Below are positions 56,301 through 64,000 of a DNA stretch of 64,000 bases, in pieces. This stretch comes from an uncultured Gammaproteobacteria bacterium (GTDB taxonomy: Bacteria; Patescibacteriota; Microgenomatia; UBA12405; JAHJSD01). The stretch is taken from NCBI GenBank assembly GCA_964428655.1, contig CAYRYE010000001.1:376406-440405 (forward strand), in the 5' to 3' direction. The notes beneath the pieces are model-generated. The model searched no databases. It saw nothing but the letters and a program-made list of their open reading frames with translations, and had not been told where the DNA came from. The position numbers and the translations under genes are program-made. The first letter of the stretch is position 1; each line of letters begins with the position of its first letter.

Positions 56301-56441
56301 AGTCAAGGGACAAGAGATATTGCCGAATTCCAAAAAGAGATTAACATAATGCACCGAAAATGGGGGCACCTTTTACAAAATGATCCTTACTATAATTCAA
56401 ACCTGACTTTAGACAGGGAAGATTTCAGTTTGGGAGTATGA
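53394..56441 (+). CDS. Multidomain glycan assembly protein: N-terminal sulfotransferase-like domain, ~200-aa coiled coil, then two tandem GT2 domains
   Basis: 5'-PSB-like ICILGMHRAGTS and 3'-PB-like VIFRNPLDVAKS. Heptad-rich K/E/Q segment about aa 270-470. GT2 domain 1 has ISIITPVYNTDKKWL…CIADDAST…LDHDD. GT2 domain 2 has VSIIIPTKDIVNYL…IIIVDTGS…LNNDIEV. Confidence 0.7.
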   Translation: MAKGKRKTICILGMHRAGTSLLTRILNISGMAIGEKEEIIGVRKGNPTGHWENKAFVEINNQIISIFKKNADWHEIPDYPTNWLKNPKVVSLERKAKELVKKMNARYKIWGWKDPRTCVTLPFWQKIIGDELVYVVIFRNPLDVAKSLKKVHNLPHDKSILLWARYYLTVLDSLRGKKFSFIHSEKLLSNWEKEIKKILKHINSSYLKINDQKREEVNNFIRPSIWHFSTKTKNSFFGLADNLRLALLDYLYLSTNKVKTILKKDLTNLGHQLANKTNQANALVGELTKKDEQLIVKDNQLSDFSKQLRDTTEELEVTKNELVEAEEKLGKTGKEIYDAIIKQEQKIKQLRLKAREINKSLKKKKMVIKEKNKKVADLSLHSQNLGKILANIVSAKTFKAWQTYVKIRRKPTLLIEAGKTLLKKGPGGLKQRLTNVQQKEERIAALNQQYHVWLRKNTPTKKELRGQKRKQKKFEYRPKISIITPVYNTDKKWLRACIESVLVQTYDNWELCIADDASTKPYIKKILKEYEKKDKRINVVYRRRNGHISRASNSALRQAVGKFIALLDHDDKLVPHALYRVVEFLNKKRKADFVYSDEDKLDLNGNRVKPFFKPDWSPDMFLSANYLCHLSVIRKKLVDKVGGFKPGYEGSQDYDLFLRITEKTDKIYHIPDVLYSWREASGSTAAVYEVKGYADAAAAKALKSSIKRKKLKAEVEQGLIPGTFRVKYKIKKKPLVSIIIPTKDIVNYLKRCVESILKKTDYDNYEIIIVDTGSKEKKTFRYYEKLKKNPRIKFLQWDKPFNFASVNNFAVKNTQGKYVLLLNNDIEVVSYDWIKSMLEHAQRAEVGAVGAKLLYPDGKIQHAGIILGIRGGPIKKGIAGHAQKMFIDEPSGLPLWNSKDMIRNFSAVTAACLMIERSKYLEVKGMNEKLEIAFNDVDFCLKLQKKGYLNVYTPYGGLYHYESVSVGRPSQGTRDIAEFQKEINIMHRKWGHLLQNDPYYNSNLTLDREDFSLGV

Positions 56442-57496
56442 AAAAACTACAAGAATGTTTTAAAAAACTCAAAAATATAAGATTTTATAAATTTATCCTA
56501 TTGCTTTGTTTGTTTATCTTTTGGCTTGGTTTTTTTATTTGGCATTTTGGTGATATAAAAATTACCCAATGGGGGGACATCCCGTTAACTACTAGTAACT
56601 TTTTGGAATCATACTATTGGACTAAAAAGATAATTTTTTGGGATAAAACTTTGGAGCTGATCGAAGAGAAGGTCAATGAAGAAAATTTGAAAAAATTGTT
56701 GCTTGAAGCCTATGTTGAGGCAATTCCAGTTAATCAGTGGTGGTCACCTCTAAGAGGAGATAAGGTGAAAGCTTTAAGGGATTTATTTGATTTTTATCGG
56801 GAAAATGAGGACTGTTTAGTTTTGGAAAAAGCCGCCTTTGAGTTTATTAAAATAAATTCTGACCATCCCGATGGTTATTTCAATTTAGGACTTGCTCTAG
56901 AAAAACAAGGTAAACTTAACCAAGCAGCGGAAAATTACAGAAGGACGCTTTCTTTAGAAAAAACTCATCTGGCGGCAATTAAACAGCTCTCTTCCATTCT
57001 TATTGAGAAGGATAGGTATTATGAAGCAAAGGAGGTTATTTCAGCTTATGAAACCAGAGTAGATTTAGTTGATCGGACTTTTTGCTTCTATTCAGATGAT
57101 GATAATTTCGCCGAGGGAGGAAAAAGTTGCGGCAGTAGATTTTTAGATGGTAAATATGTAATACGGATTGATAATAAAAATGTGAACATTAAAATGATAA
57201 GAATTGACCCCCCTCAAGGAAAGTTGTTTTTGCAAAAAATAGAGTTTGTTTCTCCTGGCGGCAAAGTGGAAAAAACAATAGATAGTTTTAGGGGATGGAT
57301 TATGTCAAAAGACTTAAAAAAAGTGGATGATCATAATTTCTATAGTATAGGTAGTGACCCTTATCTCTACATTAAATTATCGACTCATCTCGATTTTTCC
57401 CAATTCGACCAAGTTTTAATTGAGGCATCAATTGATCCGGATACTGACCCAGAAATAGATGTTTTATTGAAAGAGATAGAAGATAAAATTTCCTAG
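56438..57496 (+). CDS. N-terminally membrane-anchored TPR-repeat protein, unknown function
   Basis: TM helix FYKFILLLCLFIFWLGFFIW. TPR-like …HPDGYFNLGLALEKQGKLNQAAENYRRTLSLEK…. Confidence 0.5.
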   Translation: MKKLQECFKKLKNIRFYKFILLLCLFIFWLGFFIWHFGDIKITQWGDIPLTTSNFLESYYWTKKIIFWDKTLELIEEKVNEENLKKLLLEAYVEAIPVNQWWSPLRGDKVKALRDLFDFYRENEDCLVLEKAAFEFIKINSDHPDGYFNLGLALEKQGKLNQAAENYRRTLSLEKTHLAAIKQLSSILIEKDRYYEAKEVISAYETRVDLVDRTFCFYSDDDNFAEGGKSCGSRFLDGKYVIRIDNKNVNIKMIRIDPPQGKLFLQKIEFVSPGGKVEKTIDSFRGWIMSKDLKKVDDHNFYSIGSDPYLYIKLSTHLDFSQFDQVLIEASIDPDTDPEIDVLLKEIEDKIS

Positions 57497-57501
57497 TTAA
57501 A

Positions 57502-60500
57502 ATGAAAAATATTGAAACAAAGAAAAAAATAATTCAGATTTTTTTAGGTTCCTGGATCGCTATTTCAATTATTTTTATGGCCTTGTCCTTATATGCCTTT
57601 GGCCAAAGTGTGGCAGAATATAGACATTTTGCCACTTTCAATGACTGGAAATCATTTCAAACAGCTAATGCTAAAAATTTTTTCAAGAATAACTTTTATT
57701 ATTTTAAGGGCAGGTTAAAAAAAGTTTTTATTAGTAATAATTCTATTCGGGAAAGATTGAAAGAGAATGGTTTCGATTATATTAATTTAGAAACCCTTCC
57801 AGCAGACTTACACTCCCTGGATTCTGACTTACCAGCTAGTGGTAGAAGCTATATCGAGGGGGAAATTAATTTAGAAAAAGGAAAAAAGGAACCGGTTCTG
57901 CTTAAGTATCGCGGTGACAATTTTTATCATTGGGGCTTTCCTAAAAAATCTTTCAAAATAAAATTTGATGACGATAGGATTATTAATCTTATTAACCCAA
58001 AAGAAATTGATTTTATTGCTGATAAAATTGCCTTTAATTTAGCTGAGGAAATGGGTCTTTATTTTTCTGGAGTAAAGTTTACTGGTTTATTCATAAACAA
58101 TGACTTTAAAGGGATATTTCTTGAGACAGAGGAGCCAAATACTGAGTATATCCGAAATCACTCACTTCCTTTTAGGGCCGTTTTTCAAGGAGAGAGCATT
58201 GGTCCGGACAGACAGGGTCTAGGTTTATTTCAAGACTCGAATAAATGGGATCTTGATGGTGGCTATTTGTCTAAGAAAAGCCTAGAGCCCTTTCTAAGGG
58301 CTCTGAATGAGGGAAATTTCAAAGGAATTTATCAAAATATTAACTTTGACTACTGGGTTAATTTCTATACTTTTGTCTCACTTATTCAAAATAGCCATTT
58401 TGATGATGCTCACAACTGGTTTTGGGGCGTTCATGGAGATCGTTTTTACCCTATTGTTTGGGATCCTGTCGGTTGGGTTATGAGAACTGGCTCTGGTGAA
58501 GGGGTAGAGGAAATGAAATCCATGATTTCTCAAACTTTTCGGAAAAATGTCTATTTCTCTAGTAGTTTTTCTCATCAACTCTGGCAACGAGTTAATGACT
58601 CCGGATTATTGGAAAGAATGTTTCAGGAAATGGATGAAATCAGTCTTTCTTTAGAAAATGTTTTGGACTACGATTTTTATAAAGGGGGCATATTTGGTAA
58701 TTCCAAGGGGGCTAGGTCACCTCAGACTACGGAAGAGATCCTAGAGGAAATTGCTGGCTTAAGGTCAAAAATTCAAGACAGGTTTGATTTTCTTAAGAAT
58801 GCTCTGTCTAAGGCTTCTGCTAGTTATTATATTGATGATAGGGATAATTGGTTGTATCTCCAGTACTCTGGTATTGCTCCCGCCGAAATAAAACAGATTT
58901 ATAGGGGGGTTCCCTTTGTCAATTATTCAACAGTTGAAGTTTTTAATAATTTGCAATATTTCCCCCTCCCCTTAGATTTAAACCAAATTGTTTCCGGTCG
59001 AGTTTCTGCTGGCGGCCCCTTTCCTTATGCAAAAGTTTGTCCAATGAGTTACCGAGTTAAGGTTAATTCTCGTCTCGGAGGTTTAATTGAGCCAAAATTA
59101 GTTAATTCTTTGAGCAAGGAAGAAATTGATCTTAAAGAGGTTAATGAATTTTCTCCTACTGACTGCATGATGGATTTTACCAGTCCAGGTGAGACTAAAT
59201 TTGGAAAACAAACAATTAATAATCAAAAAAGGGAAAATAATAGTCTTGAAATAACATTTTCTACCATTAATCCGGCTGATTATTTTGATTTTGACAGAAA
59301 TGATGAGGATGAAACTAAAATGACTTTGGGGGCTGAAAAATATGATAAAGTTTTCTTTAAAAAGGAAGAATTTAGTAAAAATATAGAACTAGAATTTAAA
59401 AAGCAGGAATATTTAGGAAGAGAGAATTGGTATTTGTCGCCTATTGATTTTAATAGCGGTTTTCTTTTCTATAGCCAGAGTTTGGCCCGGTCTCTGGGTT
59501 TTCCAATAAAGAAGCAGGAATTACTAAGTGTTTTTGGTAACGAATTCTATATTGGTGAATACTTCTTAAAAGAAGCAGCTGAGAATAAGGCCTTTTTTGA
59601 GGTTAATGGCTTAACTTTTGACACCGATATTTACAAGCTTGAAGGGGAAGATAGTCTCAAGAGGAAAAATTGGCAGAAGATTTCCACTGACCCGCGAAAA
59701 GAAGTTGATGATGATGAAACTTTAAAGGGTCTTTTAGACTCTTTAAATGATCCAAATGCCCTATTTAAAATTATTGATTGGCAAAATTTTGCTAATTTTT
59801 ATTCTTATCTAATTTTAGCCAGAGATGAGTTTCCTCAATATTTGCTTTATTTTGATAATACCCTAGGGAGGTTTAAGTTTATTCCTGATAAGGAAAAGTT
59901 TTATAGAGCAAATCAGGGATTTGATATTTATGACCCTTTGGTTCAGGAAATTTTAAAAAAAGACTTTGTTTGGGAAATTTTAGCCGAAAAAATTGGGAGG
60001 GATATTGATGGCATTTTATCTAAGATAATCCAGCAATATCAAGGGACAGGGAAACAATATCAAGAGAAAATCGAAAACAGTTTTGTTTATTGGAGTGATT
60101 CAGATGAAGGGCAAGGGCGAGAGTATTTTACTAATCAAGAGAAAATATTAAGAAATAATTTCTCAATCCTTAATGGGAAGGCGCAAGAATTAGTTGAAAG
60201 AAAAGATGAATCACTGATCCAGGAAATGATAGAAAGTTCTCAAAAAGAATTCTGGCAAAAAGATTCAATCTTTACCCTAGGGGATGAAGATAAAGTTATT
60301 TTGATCAAGGAGGGAAACCATTCTATTAAAAAGGATGTTATTATTCCTCCTGGACTAACTGTTGTTATTGAGCCGGGGGCAGTATTAGAAATGGGTTCAA
60401 AAGCCTCTATTGTTTCTCTTTCCCCAATAATAGCTGAGGGAACAGAGGATAAGCCAATAAAAGTGATTCCCTTAAAGGAAAAAAAGCCCTGGGGAGTAAT

Positions 60501-61152
60501 TGCTGTTTTAGGAACAGGTAGTCGAGAATCTCAGTTTGAGCAGATGATTTTTCAAGGAGGATCAGAAACATTTCTGAATAATGTCTATTTATCAGGCCAA
60601 CTTTCTATTTATCATGCTGACGTCTTGATTAGGGATTGCCAATTTTTAGAAGCAAAGGCAGATGATTCTTTAAATTTAAAATATGGCAAATTTTTAATAG
60701 AGAGTAGCTTTTTTGGAGAAAACAATGCTGATGCAATTGATCTTGATTTTGTCACCGGAGAGGTCATTAATAGTACTTTCGAAAAAAATGGTAACGATTC
60801 TATTGATGTTTCTGGGGCGAGAGTTTTGATCAAAAATAATACCATTAGCAACTCAGGAGACAAGTGCATTAGCATTGGAGAGGAGAGTGAAACAGAGGTT
60901 GTTGCTAATGTTTTAGATAGTTGTAGCATTGGTATTGAGATAAAGGATAGTTCAGTCGCCCATATCGAGGATAACCAAATTATTAATAATAATATTGGTA
61001 TTAATGCCTATCAAAAGAAAGTTTTCTTTGAGGGAGGAAGAGGAGAGGTCTACACTACCATTTTTGATAACAATCGAGAAGATATTGATTACAAAAATAC
61101 TTCTACTGGTGTTAAATTTGATACTGATAATTCAGAGATAGTTGTCCATTAA
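57502..61152 (+). CDS. CotH-family (atypical protein kinase) domain protein with an N-terminal TM anchor and a C-terminal right-handed parallel beta-helix repeat domain
   Basis: …VLLKYRGDNFYHWGFPKKSFKIKFDDD… is the hallmark CotH motif region. The C-terminus has NosD/pectate-lyase-like repeats (…NNTISNSGDKCISIGEES…IEDNQIINNNIGINAY…). Confidence 0.65.
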   Translation: MKNIETKKKIIQIFLGSWIAISIIFMALSLYAFGQSVAEYRHFATFNDWKSFQTANAKNFFKNNFYYFKGRLKKVFISNNSIRERLKENGFDYINLETLPADLHSLDSDLPASGRSYIEGEINLEKGKKEPVLLKYRGDNFYHWGFPKKSFKIKFDDDRIINLINPKEIDFIADKIAFNLAEEMGLYFSGVKFTGLFINNDFKGIFLETEEPNTEYIRNHSLPFRAVFQGESIGPDRQGLGLFQDSNKWDLDGGYLSKKSLEPFLRALNEGNFKGIYQNINFDYWVNFYTFVSLIQNSHFDDAHNWFWGVHGDRFYPIVWDPVGWVMRTGSGEGVEEMKSMISQTFRKNVYFSSSFSHQLWQRVNDSGLLERMFQEMDEISLSLENVLDYDFYKGGIFGNSKGARSPQTTEEILEEIAGLRSKIQDRFDFLKNALSKASASYYIDDRDNWLYLQYSGIAPAEIKQIYRGVPFVNYSTVEVFNNLQYFPLPLDLNQIVSGRVSAGGPFPYAKVCPMSYRVKVNSRLGGLIEPKLVNSLSKEEIDLKEVNEFSPTDCMMDFTSPGETKFGKQTINNQKRENNSLEITFSTINPADYFDFDRNDEDETKMTLGAEKYDKVFFKKEEFSKNIELEFKKQEYLGRENWYLSPIDFNSGFLFYSQSLARSLGFPIKKQELLSVFGNEFYIGEYFLKEAAENKAFFEVNGLTFDTDIYKLEGEDSLKRKNWQKISTDPRKEVDDDETLKGLLDSLNDPNALFKIIDWQNFANFYSYLILARDEFPQYLLYFDNTLGRFKFIPDKEKFYRANQGFDIYDPLVQEILKKDFVWEILAEKIGRDIDGILSKIIQQYQGTGKQYQEKIENSFVYWSDSDEGQGREYFTNQEKILRNNFSILNGKAQELVERKDESLIQEMIESSQKEFWQKDSIFTLGDEDKVILIKEGNHSIKKDVIIPPGLTVVIEPGAVLEMGSKASIVSLSPIIAEGTEDKPIKVIPLKEKKPWGVIAVLGTGSRESQFEQMIFQGGSETFLNNVYLSGQLSIYHADVLIRDCQFLEAKADDSLNLKYGKFLIESSFFGENNADAIDLDFVTGEVINSTFEKNGNDSIDVSGARVLIKNNTISNSGDKCISIGEESETEVVANVLDSCSIGIEIKDSSVAHIEDNQIINNNIGINAYQKKVFFEGGRGEVYTTIFDNNREDIDYKNTSTGVKFDTDNSEIVVH

Positions 61153-61153
61153 A

Positions 61154-61903
61154 ATGAAACGATCAAAAACAAAATTAGGATTAAATTTTCGCCGCTTTGA
61201 GTTTAAATACTTAATGCCAGCTAAATTGGCTGATATTATTGTTGCCTCTATTGTTCACTATACCAATATTGATCCCTATATTGAGAAAGAAGACTTTTAT
61301 TATGTTAATAGTATATATCTGGATAGCAATGACTTCTTTTTTTATCAAGAAAAGTTAAGCGGTTTGAAGAATAGAAAAAAGTATCGACTGAGATTTTACG
61401 GAGAAGAGATTTATCCTCCCAAGCAACCTTTATTTTTTGAGATTAAAAGGAGGGTGGATGCCGTAATAATAAAAAACAGGACGGTAGTAAGGTTAAAACA
61501 TTTGAGGGCAATAAATCTTTCTAATTGGCAGGATGTTGCTCAAGAAAATCAGAAATTTTTCACTGAGTTCTATCATGACTATCGTTGGTTTGGTCTCAAG
61601 CCAGGTCTTTTTGTTAGGTATAAAAGAAAGCCCTTTTTTTCAAAATTTGACCGCAATTTTAGGGTTACTTTTGACTTCGATCTGCAGGCGGCAAAAGTTA
61701 ATCAATTAACCCCTGGGGTAGTTCATTATAGGAATATTTTAAACAAAGTTGCTGTTATGGAGGTTAAATTCAATGGTATTATCCCCTCTTGGTTTGCTGA
61801 GGTCATTAGGACTAATAACTTGAAACGAGCCCCCTTTTCTAAATATTGTAATTCTTTGAATATCATATATAATTTTGATGACGAGTTACCAATTATTTAT
61901 TAG
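61154..61903 (+). CDS. VTC-domain (polyphosphate-polymerase-domain-like, CYTH-related) protein
   Basis: …NFRRFEFKYLMP…, about 250 aa. It has the typical genomic association with CotH and DUF4956. The ORF track start is 61142. Confidence 0.5.
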   Translation: MKRSKTKLGLNFRRFEFKYLMPAKLADIIVASIVHYTNIDPYIEKEDFYYVNSIYLDSNDFFFYQEKLSGLKNRKKYRLRFYGEEIYPPKQPLFFEIKRRVDAVIIKNRTVVRLKHLRAINLSNWQDVAQENQKFFTEFYHDYRWFGLKPGLFVRYKRKPFFSKFDRNFRVTFDFDLQAAKVNQLTPGVVHYRNILNKVAVMEVKFNGIIPSWFAEVIRTNNLKRAPFSKYCNSLNIIYNFDDELPIIY

Positions 61904-61915
61904 TTTTACTTTTCT

Positions 61916-62593
61916 ATGAATAATACTAACGCTTTAATTAAGACTTTTAGTAGTCCTCTTGTTACTATCTATTATTTAGGCATTTCTATTGCTGTGGCCT
62001 TTATAATTGCCGTTGTTTATCGGAAAACTCACAGGAGTGTTTCTTATTCGCAATCCTTTGCCAATAGTTTAGTAATGCTTCTTCCAATGGTGGCTTTGAT
62101 AATTAATATTGTTAATACCAATGTTGCTCGGGCAATTGGGGTTTTTGGAGCCTTTTCAGTAACTCGCTTTAGGACGCCGATCAAAGACACTCGGGATATG
62201 GTATATATTTTTTGGTCACTTGCAGTTGGCTTGGCCATTGGAGCGGGTGAAGTAGGAATAGCAGTTACAGCTACCATAGTTTTATCTTTGCTAGCCTATT
62301 TGCTTTATTTAACTAATTTTGGTGCCACTAGTAATTATGACTACACCTTGATAACCAATTTAGATACCCGCCAAGGCAAACTTGAAGATTTAAAGAGGGT
62401 GATTGATAAATACTCGAAAGCAAAAGAAATTATTAATATTCAGTCAGATAAGAATGGGGAAAACCTAGAACTTAGTTCTAACTTGAAGCTAAGGAAGGGT
62501 ATTAAAATAGATGAATTAGTTGGTGAAATCAATAGATTAAAAGGAGTTGGTGAAGTAAATGCGAGTCCTTCACAAGGGGGAATTGAGTTTTAA
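61916..62593 (+). CDS. DUF4956-family membrane protein
   Basis: …IGVFGAFSVTRFRTPIKDTRDMVYIFWSLAVGLAIGAGE… is characteristic of DUF4956. The N-terminal half has 3-4 TM helices. Confidence 0.55.
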   Translation: MNNTNALIKTFSSPLVTIYYLGISIAVAFIIAVVYRKTHRSVSYSQSFANSLVMLLPMVALIINIVNTNVARAIGVFGAFSVTRFRTPIKDTRDMVYIFWSLAVGLAIGAGEVGIAVTATIVLSLLAYLLYLTNFGATSNYDYTLITNLDTRQGKLEDLKRVIDKYSKAKEIINIQSDKNGENLELSSNLKLRKGIKIDELVGEINRLKGVGEVNASPSQGGIEF

Positions 62594-62677
62594 CTTTTAG
62601 TTTTTACCCCCCTTCAGCTATTTTTCAAGTAGGTAAATAAGTAGTGGCTTTTAGTAGCTTTGTGGTAAAATTTTGTC

Positions 62678-63979
62678 ATGGATTTGAGAAACAAGAGCAT
62701 TTTGGTGAAAAAATTTATATTAAAGACTGGCAGTAAGATTTTTGGGATTAAAAGAAAGGAAAAAATTTGTCTCCTTATTTTTTTCCTCGGAATAGGCTTA
62801 TTTCTGAGGTTATTATTAATTCCTTTTCTTACCCATGGAGATCTCCTTCGTACCTATAGTAAAGCAATTGTTTTTGCCCTTCAGGGTAGAATTTATAACT
62901 CTAATTTTGGATTTTTTTGGCTATCGCTTCATGCTTTGCCGGTTAAAATATTTTCTTTATTTACGCCTGCGCTTAAAGAGGGATTGATTATAAAGTATAA
63001 TATGGACCCGTTTCGTGATAGTTTATTTTACTCCCATTTAGGCTCCAGGATTTTATTTATCTTTAAGTTTCCTTTCCTAATTTTTGAACTATTATCTGGG
63101 ATTTTAGCTATTAGGCTTTTAGATAAAGAGAGGGAAAAGATAAAGTTTTGGATTTTTTGGATGCTTAACCCAATCATGATTTTTACCCTTTATATTCATG
63201 GAAGAAATGAGGCTGCCCCAATTTTCTTTTTAGCCTTGAGTTTTTTATTAATGAAAAAAAAGAAACTAGCTCTTTCGTTTCTCTCTTTAGGGATGGCAAT
63301 GACATTAAGACTTTATGCTATTTTTTTCCTTCCAGTTTATTTTCTCAAGATTTCGAAGAAATTAGGGAAAAAGATAATTTATCTGGGTTTGGCCCTGACT
63401 CCGTTATTGGCAGATTTAGCAATAATGCGTCTTTTTAAAGATAATAGTTTTTTTTCCGTTGATAAAATTCACTCCATCCCTGAGGTTTTCTTTACTGCTA
63501 ATTTAGAACTGGGCATGACCCAGAAAGCCTCTATCTTAATCGCTATTTTGGTTGGTTTCTATCTTTGGTTGGTTGTTATTAATAATCAGGCAGTAGAAAA
63601 ATGGCAGACTTTTTTTAACCTATCATTTTTAAGTATTTTGCCTTGGTTTTCCCTAGGATTTATTCATCCACAATATTTCGCCTGGCTGTCATTGTTTTTT
63701 GGAATTTTTATCGCTAGAAATAAAAAGATGGTTTTCCCTTATTTAGTTTATTGTTTTTCCTGGCTTTTAATTATTATTGATTTTGGCAGATCATTTACCT
63801 GGTCACTTTTTAAACCGATAGATGTTTTTATATTCGGTAATATTTCCACTACCCCAGAGACGGTTTGGTATAGAATGTTTCCCGATTTTAGCCTGAACTA
63901 TTTAGCTCGATCAATTATGCTTGGATCTTTTTTATTTATTTTTATTTTTAGAAATAAACTATATGAAGAAAGAAGATAG
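62678..63979 (+). CDS. Polytopic membrane protein, DUF2029/Gpi18-like putative GT-C glycosyltransferase
   Basis: 433 aa and multi-TM. The …FLTHGDLLRTY… loop after the first TM is related to the SHGDLANHADWG loop of ORF 11113. Confidence 0.4.
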   Translation: MDLRNKSILVKKFILKTGSKIFGIKRKEKICLLIFFLGIGLFLRLLLIPFLTHGDLLRTYSKAIVFALQGRIYNSNFGFFWLSLHALPVKIFSLFTPALKEGLIIKYNMDPFRDSLFYSHLGSRILFIFKFPFLIFELLSGILAIRLLDKEREKIKFWIFWMLNPIMIFTLYIHGRNEAAPIFFLALSFLLMKKKKLALSFLSLGMAMTLRLYAIFFLPVYFLKISKKLGKKIIYLGLALTPLLADLAIMRLFKDNSFFSVDKIHSIPEVFFTANLELGMTQKASILIAILVGFYLWLVVINNQAVEKWQTFFNLSFLSILPWFSLGFIHPQYFAWLSLFFGIFIARNKKMVFPYLVYCFSWLLIIIDFGRSFTWSLFKPIDVFIFGNISTTPETVWYRMFPDFSLNYLARSIMLGSFLFIFIFRNKLYEERR

Positions 63980-64000
63980 GCTCATTGCCATAAAGTGCTT

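Noticed and set aside
1-64000. CRISPR arrays, prophage or transposon content
   Set aside because: There is no regularly spaced direct-repeat array. No transposase, integrase, recombinase, capsid or terminase-like ORFs are recognisable.

Overview
AT-rich (~35-37% GC), very densely coding window with short or overlapping intergenic spacers (many ATGA/GTGA/TGATG stop-start overlaps). The gene content (multiple GT39/PMT-like GT-C paralogs, few obvious Shine-Dalgarno sites, no mobile elements) suggests a small Candidate Phyla Radiation/Patescibacteria-like genome, though I cannot verify this without a database search. Almost the whole window is one cell-envelope glycosylation island. It holds about 13 GT2 and 3 GT4 glycosyltransferases, 5 GT39/ArnT/PMT-like GT-C paralogs, at least 5 other polytopic GT-C-like membrane proteins, 2 Wzx-like flippases, a DPM1-like polyprenyl-phosphate sugar synthase, 4 SAM methyltransferases, 2 radical-SAM enzymes, and a Wzm/Wzt-type ABC exporter. 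The most unusual part is 46.4-57.5 kb. It encodes a 1015-aa protein with a sulfotransferase domain, a ~200-aa coiled coil and two GT2 domains, next to a Wzt-like ATPase carrying a C-terminal methyltransferase domain. This reads like an ABC-transporter-dependent glycan pathway with a built-in terminator and ruler, in a novel domain combination. Other notable items: a CotH-kinase / VTC-domain / DUF4956 triad (57.5-62.6 kb); a 1524-aa surface protein of Cna-B/SdrD-B-like repeats carrying Met-Gly-rich loops; a mini class-III nucleotidyl cyclase; and rlmN flanked by two GC-rich islands. There is also a 575-nt GC-rich non-coding island (26160-26735) with a near-consensus extended -10 promoter, probably encoding structured RNA(s) I could not classify by eye. 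A higher-GC DUF1918-like gene has a perfect leaderless promoter. Heptanucleotide tandem repeats sit inside three glycosylation genes. I found no tRNA, rRNA or CRISPR arrays and no transposase or integrase.
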